A stretch of DNA of 64,000 nucleotides from an uncultured Pseudomonadota bacterium. Lineage in GTDB: Bacteria > Vulcanimicrobiota > Vulcanimicrobiia > Eremiobacterales > Eremiobacteraceae. Made by a program: the position numbers and the translations under genes. The notes under the pieces are model-generated. The model saw only the letters and a list, made by a program, of their open reading frames with translations, had not been told where the DNA came from and made no database searches. Of the stretch, positions 42,023-50,598 are shown piece after piece. The stretch spans positions 1 through 64,000 of the forward strand of contig CAVTNB010000002.1 of NCBI GenBank assembly GCA_963736005.1, read 5' to 3'. Within the stretch, counting starts at the first letter, position 1; the number at the start of each line of letters is the position of its first letter.

Positions 42023-43186
42023 ATGCGCGTAGCTTATCTGACCCGGTTTGACGTTACGGATCGTGCCAGCGTGCCCGCGTTGGGCGGCGCGGGCTATGCC
42101 AGCTATTACATCGCCCAAACGCTAGAAACCATGGGTGTGTCCCTGACGCGTGTGAACGGTCTGCCATCAAGCCTCTCGCTCGCTACCCGGCTTACGTCCG
42201 CGTTTTACCGCCGTGTCTATCACCAAAACTACAACATCGCAGCCAACCCAACAATCATCAAACGCCAAGCGAAGTACGTAGCGCAAAAGCTGGCTGCGGC
42301 CGACTACGACATTATTCTGACGCGAATACTCTTACCACTTGCACACCTCCACGTGGACAAACCAGTTGTCGTGTGGACAGACGGAAGCGCGCGCGGCCTG
42401 TTCGATTTTTATCCGCAGCTTACAAACCTATCCGAGCGCAGCAAGCGTGAGACCCTTGCTATGGAATTGGCTGCCCTCGAACACTGCAGCCTCATCATTT
42501 ATAGCTCTGAATGGGCGGCAAGCCACGCGCCAGATCGCATCGACCGAAGAAAAATCAAAATTGTTCCTTTCGGCGCCAACTGCGAATGTGACCGCACGGT
42601 AAGTGATATTCAAGCCATCGCTGAGATGAAACCTATGCGACCGTACAGGTTGCTCTTCGTGGGCGGCGCATGGAATCGCAAAGGTGGTCTGATTGCGTGC
42701 CAGGTGGCGAAGGCTCTCTCTGACGTTGGGTACTCCACAACCCTCACCGTGATCGGCCGCAAGCCGGACATCCCGAAGGAGTTTGGAGGGGTTGTTAACC
42801 TTGTGGGCTTCCTCGACCAATCTCGCGCACAGGGGCAACAGCGGTGGAGTGAGCTCATGCGTGAGTCGCATTTTTTGATTCTGCCGAGCAGAGCGGACTG
42901 TTCTCCGCACGTGCTGGCGGAAGCCAACTCCTTTGGACTGCCCTGCTTGACGACGAACGTCGGCGGAATCCCCGGGATCATCCGTGATGGGGTCAATGGC
43001 AAGCTCTTCCGTCTTGAAGCCGATCCTCGGGATTACCGCGACTTTGTCGTGAGTCAGCTCGAGGACCCACAACGGTACCGGCGCCTCATGCTGGCTTCCT
43101 TTCAAGAATTCCAAACTCGCTTGAATTGGCGCGTCGCGTGCCAGCGAGTTGGGGCGTTGCTCGAAGGTTTGATGACTACGATGTAG
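42023..43186 (+). CDS. Glycosyltransferase family 4
   Basis: VPFGAN, LLFVG..W.RKGG, LPSRADC...EANSFGLP..TTNVGGIP. Confidence 0.9.
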   Translation: MRVAYLTRFDVTDRASVPALGGAGYASYYIAQTLETMGVSLTRVNGLPSSLSLATRLTSAFYRRVYHQNYNIAANPTIIKRQAKYVAQKLAAADYDIILTRILLPLAHLHVDKPVVVWTDGSARGLFDFYPQLTNLSERSKRETLAMELAALEHCSLIIYSSEWAASHAPDRIDRRKIKIVPFGANCECDRTVSDIQAIAEMKPMRPYRLLFVGGAWNRKGGLIACQVAKALSDVGYSTTLTVIGRKPDIPKEFGGVVNLVGFLDQSRAQGQQRWSELMRESHFLILPSRADCSPHVLAEANSFGLPCLTTNVGGIPGIIRDGVNGKLFRLEADPRDYRDFVVSQLEDPQRYRRLMLASFQEFQTRLNWRVACQRVGALLEGLMTTM

Positions 43187-43670
43187 CTTCGAGAGGTGTC
43201 AGCGGCACTTCTTTGATGCGGACATTGAAGATCTCGTCCGGCGCGTCGAAGTGTTGTCCCCCAACGGATATCCAGGCGTGCCCGCGCAATCGTTCGTGGG
43301 GGTTGGGTTGCTCTTCAATGCCAAAATGGATCTTCACCGGCTGATCGCCGGCGTCAAGAAAACGGTAGAGGGTCAGGGCACGGACGTAGCAGTTATCTCG
43401 CGAACGTAAAAACGGTAAGCGCAAATTCAGGGCACGCAAACGCGCGATGCGTTCTTGACTCTGCTCGATGCTGGGCGCTGCCGGCCGACGGCACTCTCGC
43501 AGATCCGCGAGAAAAGACCGGAGGTTTCGTCGCCTCAACAGAGCGGGCACACGCCACATGAAGTAGCCGATCTGCAAGGCGAGCCAAAGGTCGTCGGGTC
43601 GACGGACGAATGCGCGGTAGCGCTGCGCAAAACCACGTGGCGTCCACTTGGGCGCGAGCTTGTTCACCAC
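43176..43670 (-). CDS. Lasso peptide B2-like (transglutaminase-fold) cysteine peptidase
   Basis: NCYVRAL and GHAWI motifs; GTG start overlaps the upstream GT2 stop. Confidence 0.8.
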   Translation of the reverse strand: MVNKLAPKWTPRGFAQRYRAFVRRPDDLWLALQIGYFMWRVPALLRRRNLRSFLADLRECRRPAAPSIEQSQERIARLRALNLRLPFLRSRDNCYVRALTLYRFLDAGDQPVKIHFGIEEQPNPHERLRGHAWISVGGQHFDAPDEIFNVRIKEVPLTPLEATS

Positions 43671-44551
43671 CGCGCACGCTCTCTTCGATCGAGCTGAGTT
43701 GCGACGAAGCCAACCCGCTGGGCAAGTTTCTTCACAAACATGCCGCGTGCATACAAGAACCGCTCGTTGTTGGGAACGCGCCATGCGGACAAACTCAGGC
43801 GGCCGATATCCGCCCACTCTTTGAGCTCATCGCCGATGGTCCATCGACATTCGTCGCGATGGTGCAAGACAAATTGTGCGTAGCCTTTGCCGTACGAATA
43901 TTGCTGCCGCCAGAAACCCTTCCAATCTGCGCGATGCCGATGAAACACGACAGCCCGCGAAGCATACACGAACTCGCCCGGCTGCGCTTTCAGAATGCGG
44001 TTGTGCAAGTCGCAGGCCTCGTACGATGTATATCGTTCGTCAAACCCGCCTGCGTCTTCCAAAACGCTTTTCCGATACATGAGGTTGCTCGACGGCGCAA
44101 AAGGAAACTTTGGATGAGAGAGATGACGTTGCGCGTCCAAGCTCCCGATGAGATCGCAAAAGTGTGCAGCATCAGTCGTTGAATCGAGGCCGAGCGTACG
44201 ACCGCCGGCGCCGATACACTGCGCGGTCGAGGTGGACGACTGCGCGACGGCGGCGAGGAGTGAACGCAGCCACGATCGGGAAGGCACGCAATCGGCATCC
44301 GTAAACGCGATCCACTTACCTCGTGCCACAGCGACGCCAGCGTTGCGCGCAGCTCCTGCTCCCTTGTTTTGCTGGCCGAGGACGCGGACATCAAAGGATT
44401 GCGCCAGTGTTTGTGTGCCATCACGCGACCCGTCATCGACCACGATGATCTCGTACAAGTCTTCGCAGTCTTGGTTGCACAGTGCATTGAGGCACTCGGC
44501 CAAAGTCTTTTCGGCATTGAATGCGGGAACAACGACGCTTGCCAGTGTCAC
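43664..44551 (-). CDS. Glycosyltransferase family 2
   Basis: SVVVPAFN, VVDDGS, AARNAG, FTDADC, GGFDE, YSYGKG. Confidence 0.9.
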   Translation of the reverse strand: MTLASVVVPAFNAEKTLAECLNALCNQDCEDLYEIIVVDDGSRDGTQTLAQSFDVRVLGQQNKGAGAARNAGVAVARGKWIAFTDADCVPSRSWLRSLLAAVAQSSTSTAQCIGAGGRTLGLDSTTDAAHFCDLIGSLDAQRHLSHPKFPFAPSSNLMYRKSVLEDAGGFDERYTSYEACDLHNRILKAQPGEFVYASRAVVFHRHRADWKGFWRQQYSYGKGYAQFVLHHRDECRWTIGDELKEWADIGRLSLSAWRVPNNERFLYARGMFVKKLAQRVGFVATQLDRRERARW

Positions 44552-44622
44552 CGCGTTAGTATAGCCAATAGGACGTTTTGCCCGCGTGAAGCACGTGGCC
44601 CAAAGCGGGGGTCTTGGAAGTC

Positions 44623-45165
44623 CTAATCCGGGGGTTCGTCGGCAGCTCCGGTCGCGAGGTACGTTACGATGTCCCACGCATTGCGAATTCCGATGAAGAT
44701 CAATAACACGATACCGCCGGCGATAGCGAAGAGCGCTTTCGTTGGAACCGCGGGAAGGGTAATCGCACCTCCGAAGATCGCAAAGTAAGCGATAAATGGA
44801 AGGATATTATACCACGTCCAATCTTCGAGGTCGGGAATATACACGGTGAGACGCTTGGTTTGGTACATCACGCGCAGAATATACACAATGCCGAAGAGAC
44901 CGGCAAACCCGATGAAGACGGCGGCGTGAAACAGCAAGTGCCAAGGTGCGTTGAGCACCGCCGAGATTAATAATGCCGCGCTGAAGTGCATGACCGTCGG
45001 CGTGCTGAACGTCGCCATCCCGTCCGGGTTTTTTCGCACGCGTTCCGTTCGGTTCACTAGCGTGATCACGACGAACATTAATCCCGTCAGGGCTGCGGCC
45101 GACGAGCCGGTCATGACGTAGAAATTCGACCACGGGGTGAGAAACGATGATGCGGTCTCAGCCAT
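44623..45165 (-). CDS. Hypothetical membrane protein
   Basis: WSNFY..GSSAAALTGLMFV...GIRNAWD; several TM segments. Confidence 0.75.
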   Translation of the reverse strand: MAETASSFLTPWSNFYVMTGSSAAALTGLMFVVITLVNRTERVRKNPDGMATFSTPTVMHFSAALLISAVLNAPWHLLFHAAVFIGFAGLFGIVYILRVMYQTKRLTVYIPDLEDWTWYNILPFIAYFAIFGGAITLPAVPTKALFAIAGGIVLLIFIGIRNAWDIVTYLATGAADEPPD

Positions 45166-45166
45166 C

Positions 45167-46489
45167 CTATCCCACCGTCGTGCCAAGTGAGGTTGCGACC
45201 TCCGCAGCGGCGCGCTCGCCAGTTTCCAGCGCTCCGTTTACCGTGCCGCCTTGGCCGTCGCCCGCCGTCGCCTCGCCTGCGAAAAATAAAGTGTTGTCGA
45301 CTGGCGCCGCGAGCATTGCTCGAGCATTTCCTCCCCCAACGACAACGTAACTATACGCCCCGCCCGCGAACTGGTCGCGGCTCCAATCATGCATGGCGCT
45401 GCCCTCGAACTCTTTGCTCACGAGCGTGGGCTCGTCCAACAATGCTCCAACGCCGTTCAGGGCGCGTTCGATGACTTCCGCCTCCGGGGCGTCGCGGAGT
45501 GCAATTGCATTCGGCCCTCCGGCCCACGCGACGATGAGCTCGCTGCGCACCGGCAATTGTGTCCAGTACGCCGTGAACGGCTGCCCAGGGCAGCGAAAGA
45601 AGGCACTGTCGCGGTAGCGCCCGTTGCGGATCCGCTCCCAAAACGCCGTTCGAAACCACAACATTACCTTGACTGCGTGGCCCATCTCAATATTTCGAAG
45701 CGCTTGACGTTTGGCCGCGGGCAGGTCGGGTTCGAATGCGACCCCTGTCTCGTTGCCACTCTGTCGGAGAACAGCCACCGGGAGCGTGACGACGACAGCT
45801 CGCGCATGAATGGTCCGCAATTCTCCGGATGGGCTGCTCACCTTGACGGCAACGGCACCAGCGCGCCAGGAAATACGCTGCACGATTGTCGACAAGCATA
45901 TCTGAACGCCCGCCGCAGTGCACGACGCATGCAAGTGCTCGAACATCGGCCCGTAGCCTCCGAGCGGCCGACTGCTCGTAGAATCGACGCCCGATCGCAA
46001 CTCATCTGCAATTGACTTCACGCTTGCAATCGCGGGATCAGCCGCTTCGAATCCCTCGACGAATGCTCGCGCCGCCTCCGCCATGTGGCGGGTGGCCTCA
46101 TCTCTCTCGAGGCGCCGCAGAAATTGATCGGCGCTCTCGTCCATCGCGAGCGACCGTGCTCCCTCCAAGACGCGAGAAGCCAAGCTAAACTCTCTATCGT
46201 CGCGTCGCAGGCCGCTGTCCTCGCTGCACCTCCACGACTCGCCGCCCGTGGCGACGGCTTTCATTCCGGCGTCGCGTAGCAGCGCCATCGTGTGCGGAGC
46301 CTCGCCATGGATAAACTCTGCGCCGAGTTCGGCCGGCATGGTTATTTGCGCCACCTGACGCGACCACACGCGGCCGCCAATTCGGTCGCGTGCCTCCAGC
46401 ACGATCGCCCGCAGCGATCGGGCAGCCAGGACCCGAGCGGCCGCAAGTCCGGCTGCGCCAGCACCGATGACGACGACGTCCGTGTCCAT
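45167..46489 (-). CDS. Flavin monoamine oxidase family protein
   Basis: GAGAAGLAAA, LEARDRIGGR, ELGAEFIHG, GAYS, FAGEAT, GTVNGA. Confidence 0.9.
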   Translation of the reverse strand: MDTDVVVIGAGAAGLAAARVLAARSLRAIVLEARDRIGGRVWSRQVAQITMPAELGAEFIHGEAPHTMALLRDAGMKAVATGGESWRCSEDSGLRRDDREFSLASRVLEGARSLAMDESADQFLRRLERDEATRHMAEAARAFVEGFEAADPAIASVKSIADELRSGVDSTSSRPLGGYGPMFEHLHASCTAAGVQICLSTIVQRISWRAGAVAVKVSSPSGELRTIHARAVVVTLPVAVLRQSGNETGVAFEPDLPAAKRQALRNIEMGHAVKVMLWFRTAFWERIRNGRYRDSAFFRCPGQPFTAYWTQLPVRSELIVAWAGGPNAIALRDAPEAEVIERALNGVGALLDEPTLVSKEFEGSAMHDWSRDQFAGGAYSYVVVGGGNARAMLAAPVDNTLFFAGEATAGDGQGGTVNGALETGERAAAEVATSLGTTVG

Positions 46490-46540
46490 GACGGGGAGTA
46501 TACGGAGGGCGAGCGGCTTTCTCTTCATAAAAATAGGCGA

Positions 46541-46888
46541 ATGCCAACCGATTTTCGCGACGGTCGCACGTTCCCGCGTCGCGGTCGCCATCCGTTAGGG
46601 AGTTTCTTGTGGCTAGCCCGGGTTTTCGATAAGGCTCGAGCCTCCAAGGCGGGCACCATCTACGATTATATCTATCCGTGCCCCATGGACCTTGGCATGT
46701 TCGAACGGTGGGGGATCACCGTCGAGGAATTTGAGGGAGCCATGAGCGAGCATGGCGACGATCAAGCACTGCGCCAATGGGCTCAATCACGCATCGCTCA
46801 GCAAGCTTGCGACGCCGCAAACTCGTGGTTGGTCACGGAAAAGTTCGAAAATCTCGACCGCCAAGATCGCGAGGAGAACGTTTTCTGA
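46541..46888 (+). CDS. DUF5069-like small protein
   Basis: PR.....LG...WLAR..DKARA...G....Y.YPC.MD...LDRQD. Confidence 0.7.
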   Translation: MPTDFRDGRTFPRRGRHPLGSFLWLARVFDKARASKAGTIYDYIYPCPMDLGMFERWGITVEEFEGAMSEHGDDQALRQWAQSRIAQQACDAANSWLVTEKFENLDRQDREENVF

Positions 46889-49310
46889 GACGATCGGCGA
46901 GAACGCTGGCTTGAACCGAGATCCCGTCGGAGATGACGGATACCCCACCGTCGAGATCTGTCCGATAGACTTGCGCCCCGGCAGTCTTAAGAGCAGCTAA
47001 TGTGAGCGGGCTTGGGTGTCCGAAGACGTTGTGCAAGCCGCATGAGATGATCGCGATTTTCGGATGCACGGCCGCCAGAAATTCTGGTGTCGACGAATAA
47101 GCACTTCCGTGATGACCGACTTTGAGGATGTCGGCACGCAGATCCGCGCCACCGTGCGAAAGCAGACGAGCTTCAGCCTCTGATTGCGCGTCACCGGTGA
47201 GCAGCATCGCAACCTGTCCGAAGGTCACTCGAAGCACGACCGAATTATTGTTGATATCCGACGATGTTCCAGTAATCAACGGCAACTCGGGTGCGAGTAC
47301 CTGAACGTGCGTAACTGTGCCGAGATCGAACGCCTCGCCCCGTTGCGCTCGGATCCACTTGATGTGACGGTCGTGTATGACTTCAAGTGTGCGATGATAT
47401 GCTGGACCCGAATAGAGTTGCGCTGAGTCGTACACCCTATCAACGCGCTCACGCGAGAGGATGACGGGGAGACCACCAACGTGGTCGCCATGTGGGTGCG
47501 TCAGCACGACTGCATCAAGATGCAACACCCAATGCCTCAAGAGAAATGGCATGACCGTCCGCGTCGCGAGGCGATCGCCGATGGGAGCGGCCACCACAAA
47601 ACCGGTGCTCGTGCGCTCGAGGCGACCTCCACTATCGACAAGCATCGCGTGACCTCCCGGAGCACGCACGAGCAGGCAGTCGGCTTGACCGACGTCGATG
47701 GCGTCAAGCCGCACGCGCTGATCGAGTCTTTGCGCGATTCCAGGAATGCAGTATATAAGGAAGAGCGCGAATGCGACTGCTACGCCCCACTTGGCTATGA
47801 GCCTCCGCGGAATTTGGTATTTGAACGCCGCGGCGAGCGCTCCGAGTGCCATCCAGTACGCAATCAGGAATGCGTGAGTCGGCGGCGGCACATCGATGTG
47901 GCTACCAGGCAGCGTCGCGAAAAATCGGACCGCGTCGATCACAAAGAGCAACCCCCACCACACGAGGTTGCTCAATGGAAGAGCAAGGGGCGGACAGGCG
48001 AGCGAGGCGGCACACAAGCTCGCTCCAACCGCCATGATGAGCGCGATGAGCGGAACGACAACGGCATTTGCCAGCACCGCGTAGGGCGTGAATGCGTTAA
48101 AGTAAAGCGCTTGAAACGGCCACAACGCGATCTGCACCGCCAGGCTCGTTCGCACGACCTCGACAACGACGCGCGGAAGTCTTCCATCCTCTCGTAATCC
48201 AAGCGAGCTCAACACTGGACTCACGAGCGCGATGCCGACGACGCACGCAAACGACATCGAGAACGACGGCGACAGAAGCGCGAGTGGGTGAGGCAACGCG
48301 ACCGCGCTCGCCGCCGCTGCAAAGATCGCGCTCGGCGTCCTCCCCCGGCCAAGTTCGAGGGCGACCGTTCCTGCGGTGAGCATGGTTGCCGCGCGCAGCG
48401 TTGGCAGATGCAGGCCTGCGAGCGCCGCATACAACCATGCGCCAACGAGCATGAATCCGATACGAGCGGCTCGAGCGATCGGAAAACGCGAGAGAATCCA
48501 AGCGAGCAACCCAGCCATGATTCCAAGATGCAGACCCGCCGTGGTCAGCACGTGGACGGTGCCCGTGTCCGAGAATTCCTGACGCAAGGCGGCCGGCAAA
48601 TTACCTCGGTCGCCCCACAGAATGCCTTCGAGCACCGTTGCCTCGAGAGGCGGGAGCCGGCTCTCAATCGCATCTGCGCCTGCCAGCCGTATCCGCGCCC
48701 ACCATGCTTCCCACCCCGTGCCGATGCCAAGCCTGCGTATATCCTTGGCACGGTGGGCGGCAATCACGACGTCGACGCCCTGTTCGCTCAGCAGGTCTCG
48801 CTCGGCTGGTTCACCTTCGTTTCGCGCGCCGCCGGGCAGATCGAGACGCCCCCGAATCGTCACGCGTTGTCCAGCCACTTGGCCAACGTCAGCCGCCGGA
48901 AATGTCACGAGAGCAACAGTCCCGACAAGATGGATGGCGGCCTCGCTCGCAGGCGAGCTCACGTGAAGGACACGTACTCGAAGCGAACCCGAGTCGGTAT
49001 ATCTTGGACGCTCGAGAGCAAGCGCTTCGATCACAACGTGATGGCCGTCAAGCGCCGCGTAAGGCCTATGCTCCACCCGCCATACCGCGAGCGTTGCAGC
49101 ACCGGCTCCAATGCCAAACGCGAGGATCAATGGGATGAGAAACCTTTTGATGCTTGTTTCCGTTAGAAAAACAAAGGCGACGGCCGCAGCAAGTGCTGCC
49201 GCTGCAAATCCCGCTGATACGCTCGCAGCTGCAACCACACCAAGGCCGTACAACGACACAAGCAACGCAAAACTGTGACCGCGCCACAGCGAGTCGAACG
49301 ATGCGCGCAC
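46833..49310 (-). CDS. comEC: DNA uptake channel ComEC/Rec2
   Basis: TGTVHVL..GLH, SF.MSF, DVGQAD, THPHGDHVGG, NNNSVV, LTGD, KVGHHGS, HP...YRTD. Confidence 0.93.
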   Translation of the reverse strand: MRASFDSLWRGHSFALLVSLYGLGVVAAASVSAGFAAAALAAAVAFVFLTETSIKRFLIPLILAFGIGAGAATLAVWRVEHRPYAALDGHHVVIEALALERPRYTDSGSLRVRVLHVSSPASEAAIHLVGTVALVTFPAADVGQVAGQRVTIRGRLDLPGGARNEGEPAERDLLSEQGVDVVIAAHRAKDIRRLGIGTGWEAWWARIRLAGADAIESRLPPLEATVLEGILWGDRGNLPAALRQEFSDTGTVHVLTTAGLHLGIMAGLLAWILSRFPIARAARIGFMLVGAWLYAALAGLHLPTLRAATMLTAGTVALELGRGRTPSAIFAAAASAVALPHPLALLSPSFSMSFACVVGIALVSPVLSSLGLREDGRLPRVVVEVVRTSLAVQIALWPFQALYFNAFTPYAVLANAVVVPLIALIMAVGASLCAASLACPPLALPLSNLVWWGLLFVIDAVRFFATLPGSHIDVPPPTHAFLIAYWMALGALAAAFKYQIPRRLIAKWGVAVAFALFLIYCIPGIAQRLDQRVRLDAIDVGQADCLLVRAPGGHAMLVDSGGRLERTSTGFVVAAPIGDRLATRTVMPFLLRHWVLHLDAVVLTHPHGDHVGGLPVILSRERVDRVYDSAQLYSGPAYHRTLEVIHDRHIKWIRAQRGEAFDLGTVTHVQVLAPELPLITGTSSDINNNSVVLRVTFGQVAMLLTGDAQSEAEARLLSHGGADLRADILKVGHHGSAYSSTPEFLAAVHPKIAIISCGLHNVFGHPSPLTLAALKTAGAQVYRTDLDGGVSVISDGISVQASVLADRLRKRSPRDLGGRDFRTFP

Positions 49311-49471
49311 AGCTCACACTCACGTCATGTGCAGTGAGTGTCAATCGAAGCGCTGTTTGGTCGATGCGTGTTCTGGGAAAAAGTTATTCATTGCGGCGCG
49401 AGGAACGCCGCACCTCAGAAGGGAAAGAGTAAGTCCGTCATCAGGTTTTTGAGAAAGGGGTTGAGTGAAGA

Positions 49472-49540
49472 GTGGACGCTTTGGTCATCGTGCTTCTCGT
49501 GTTGATCCTGCTCGCCGTGACCGGCCATCTCCGCCTGTAG
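49472..49540 (+). CDS. Putative 22-aa hydrophobic micro-protein MDALVIVLLVLILLAVTGHLRL
   Basis: GTG start with GAAAGGGG upstream; a single TM-length hydrophobic run in an otherwise empty intergenic region. Confidence 0.5.
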   Translation: MDALVIVLLVLILLAVTGHLRL

Positions 49541-49589
49541 CATTCAGCTCAACTGAGATTAGGTTCGCCGCGAGCTTGGGAGTGCGGTT

Positions 49590-50516
49590 GTGCGCATCCT
49601 GGTAACCGGCGGTGCTGGGTTTATCGGCTCCCACGTCGTGGATGCGCTTATCGGCGCGGGCCACGAAGTCGCTATCGTCGACTCGTTCTGGGCGCAAGGC
49701 GGGGGACGGCGCACAAATCTCAACCAAAAAGCCCAATGCTTTGAAATCGACATCCGCGACGGTGCTCTCGCGGATGTTTTTGCGCGCTTTAAGCCCCAAG
49801 TTGTGAGCCATCACGCTGCCCAACACAGCGTCGCTATCTCTACCAAAGACCCGCCCTTTGACGCGGATGTGAATGTCAAAGGGCTGCTCAACGTCTTGAT
49901 GCTCGCTTCGAGCAATAAGGTCGGCAAGGTCGTTTTTGCGTCGTCGGGCGCAACCTATGGGACGCCGCAGTATCTTCCGATCGACGAGAAGCATCCGCAG
50001 TTGCCCGAATCCCCGTATGGCATCACGAAGATGGTTGCCGAACATTATTTGAGATATTTTGCGACGAGCAGTGGGGTACGCTATACGGCGTTGCGCTATG
50101 GCAACGTCTACGGACCGCGGCAGGATCCGGGCGGCGAAGCCGGGGTGATCGCTATCTTTAGCAGCCGGATATTGGCGGGGAGCTCCATCCGCATCGACTG
50201 GGATGGCGAGCAACAAAAGGATTACGTCTACGTTGGCGATGTCGCCCGCGCAAATCTGCTCGCCCTCGACCGAGGTGACAACGAAATCGTCAATATCGGA
50301 ACGGGCGTTGGGACGTCGGTGAACGCACTGCACAAAGCAATTGCGGGCGTCGTCGGCCGCGACGTTGCTGTCGTTCCTGCGCCCAAACGCGCAGGTGATG
50401 TCTATCGGTGCGCTTTCGCCATCGAGAAAGCGCGGTCGGTGCTCGGCTGGGAGCCGCAGACACTTTTGCCCGCGGGCATCGAGAAGACCGTCGCGTTCTT
50501 TCGCGCCCAAGAGTAG
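49590..50516 (+). CDS. NAD-dependent epimerase (UDP-glucose 4-epimerase-like)
   Basis: TGGAGFIGSH, FASS, YGITK, LRYGNVYGPRQ, NIGTG. Confidence 0.92.
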   Translation: MRILVTGGAGFIGSHVVDALIGAGHEVAIVDSFWAQGGGRRTNLNQKAQCFEIDIRDGALADVFARFKPQVVSHHAAQHSVAISTKDPPFDADVNVKGLLNVLMLASSNKVGKVVFASSGATYGTPQYLPIDEKHPQLPESPYGITKMVAEHYLRYFATSSGVRYTALRYGNVYGPRQDPGGEAGVIAIFSSRILAGSSIRIDWDGEQQKDYVYVGDVARANLLALDRGDNEIVNIGTGVGTSVNALHKAIAGVVGRDVAVVPAPKRAGDVYRCAFAIEKARSVLGWEPQTLLPAGIEKTVAFFRAQE

Positions 50517-50598
50517 CCGCGACATTGCCCTTTCGCGAAGACATTCGCGCGACGACATTGCCCTTTCGCGAAGACATTCGCGCGACGACGCTGGCTAC
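50513..50598 (-). repeat. Two tandem 33-bp degenerate REP-like units bracketed by GTAGCC...GGCTAC
   Basis: Units at 50520-50552 and 50553-50585. The minus strand reads TCGTCGCGCGAATGTCTTCGCG, similar to the 4729 repeat. Confidence 0.75.

Noticed and set aside
35646..43670. Complete lasso peptide gene cluster
   Set aside because: No asparagine-synthetase-like cyclase, and I found no stand-alone precursor with a YxxP leader, Thr(-2) and a ring-forming Asp/Glu.
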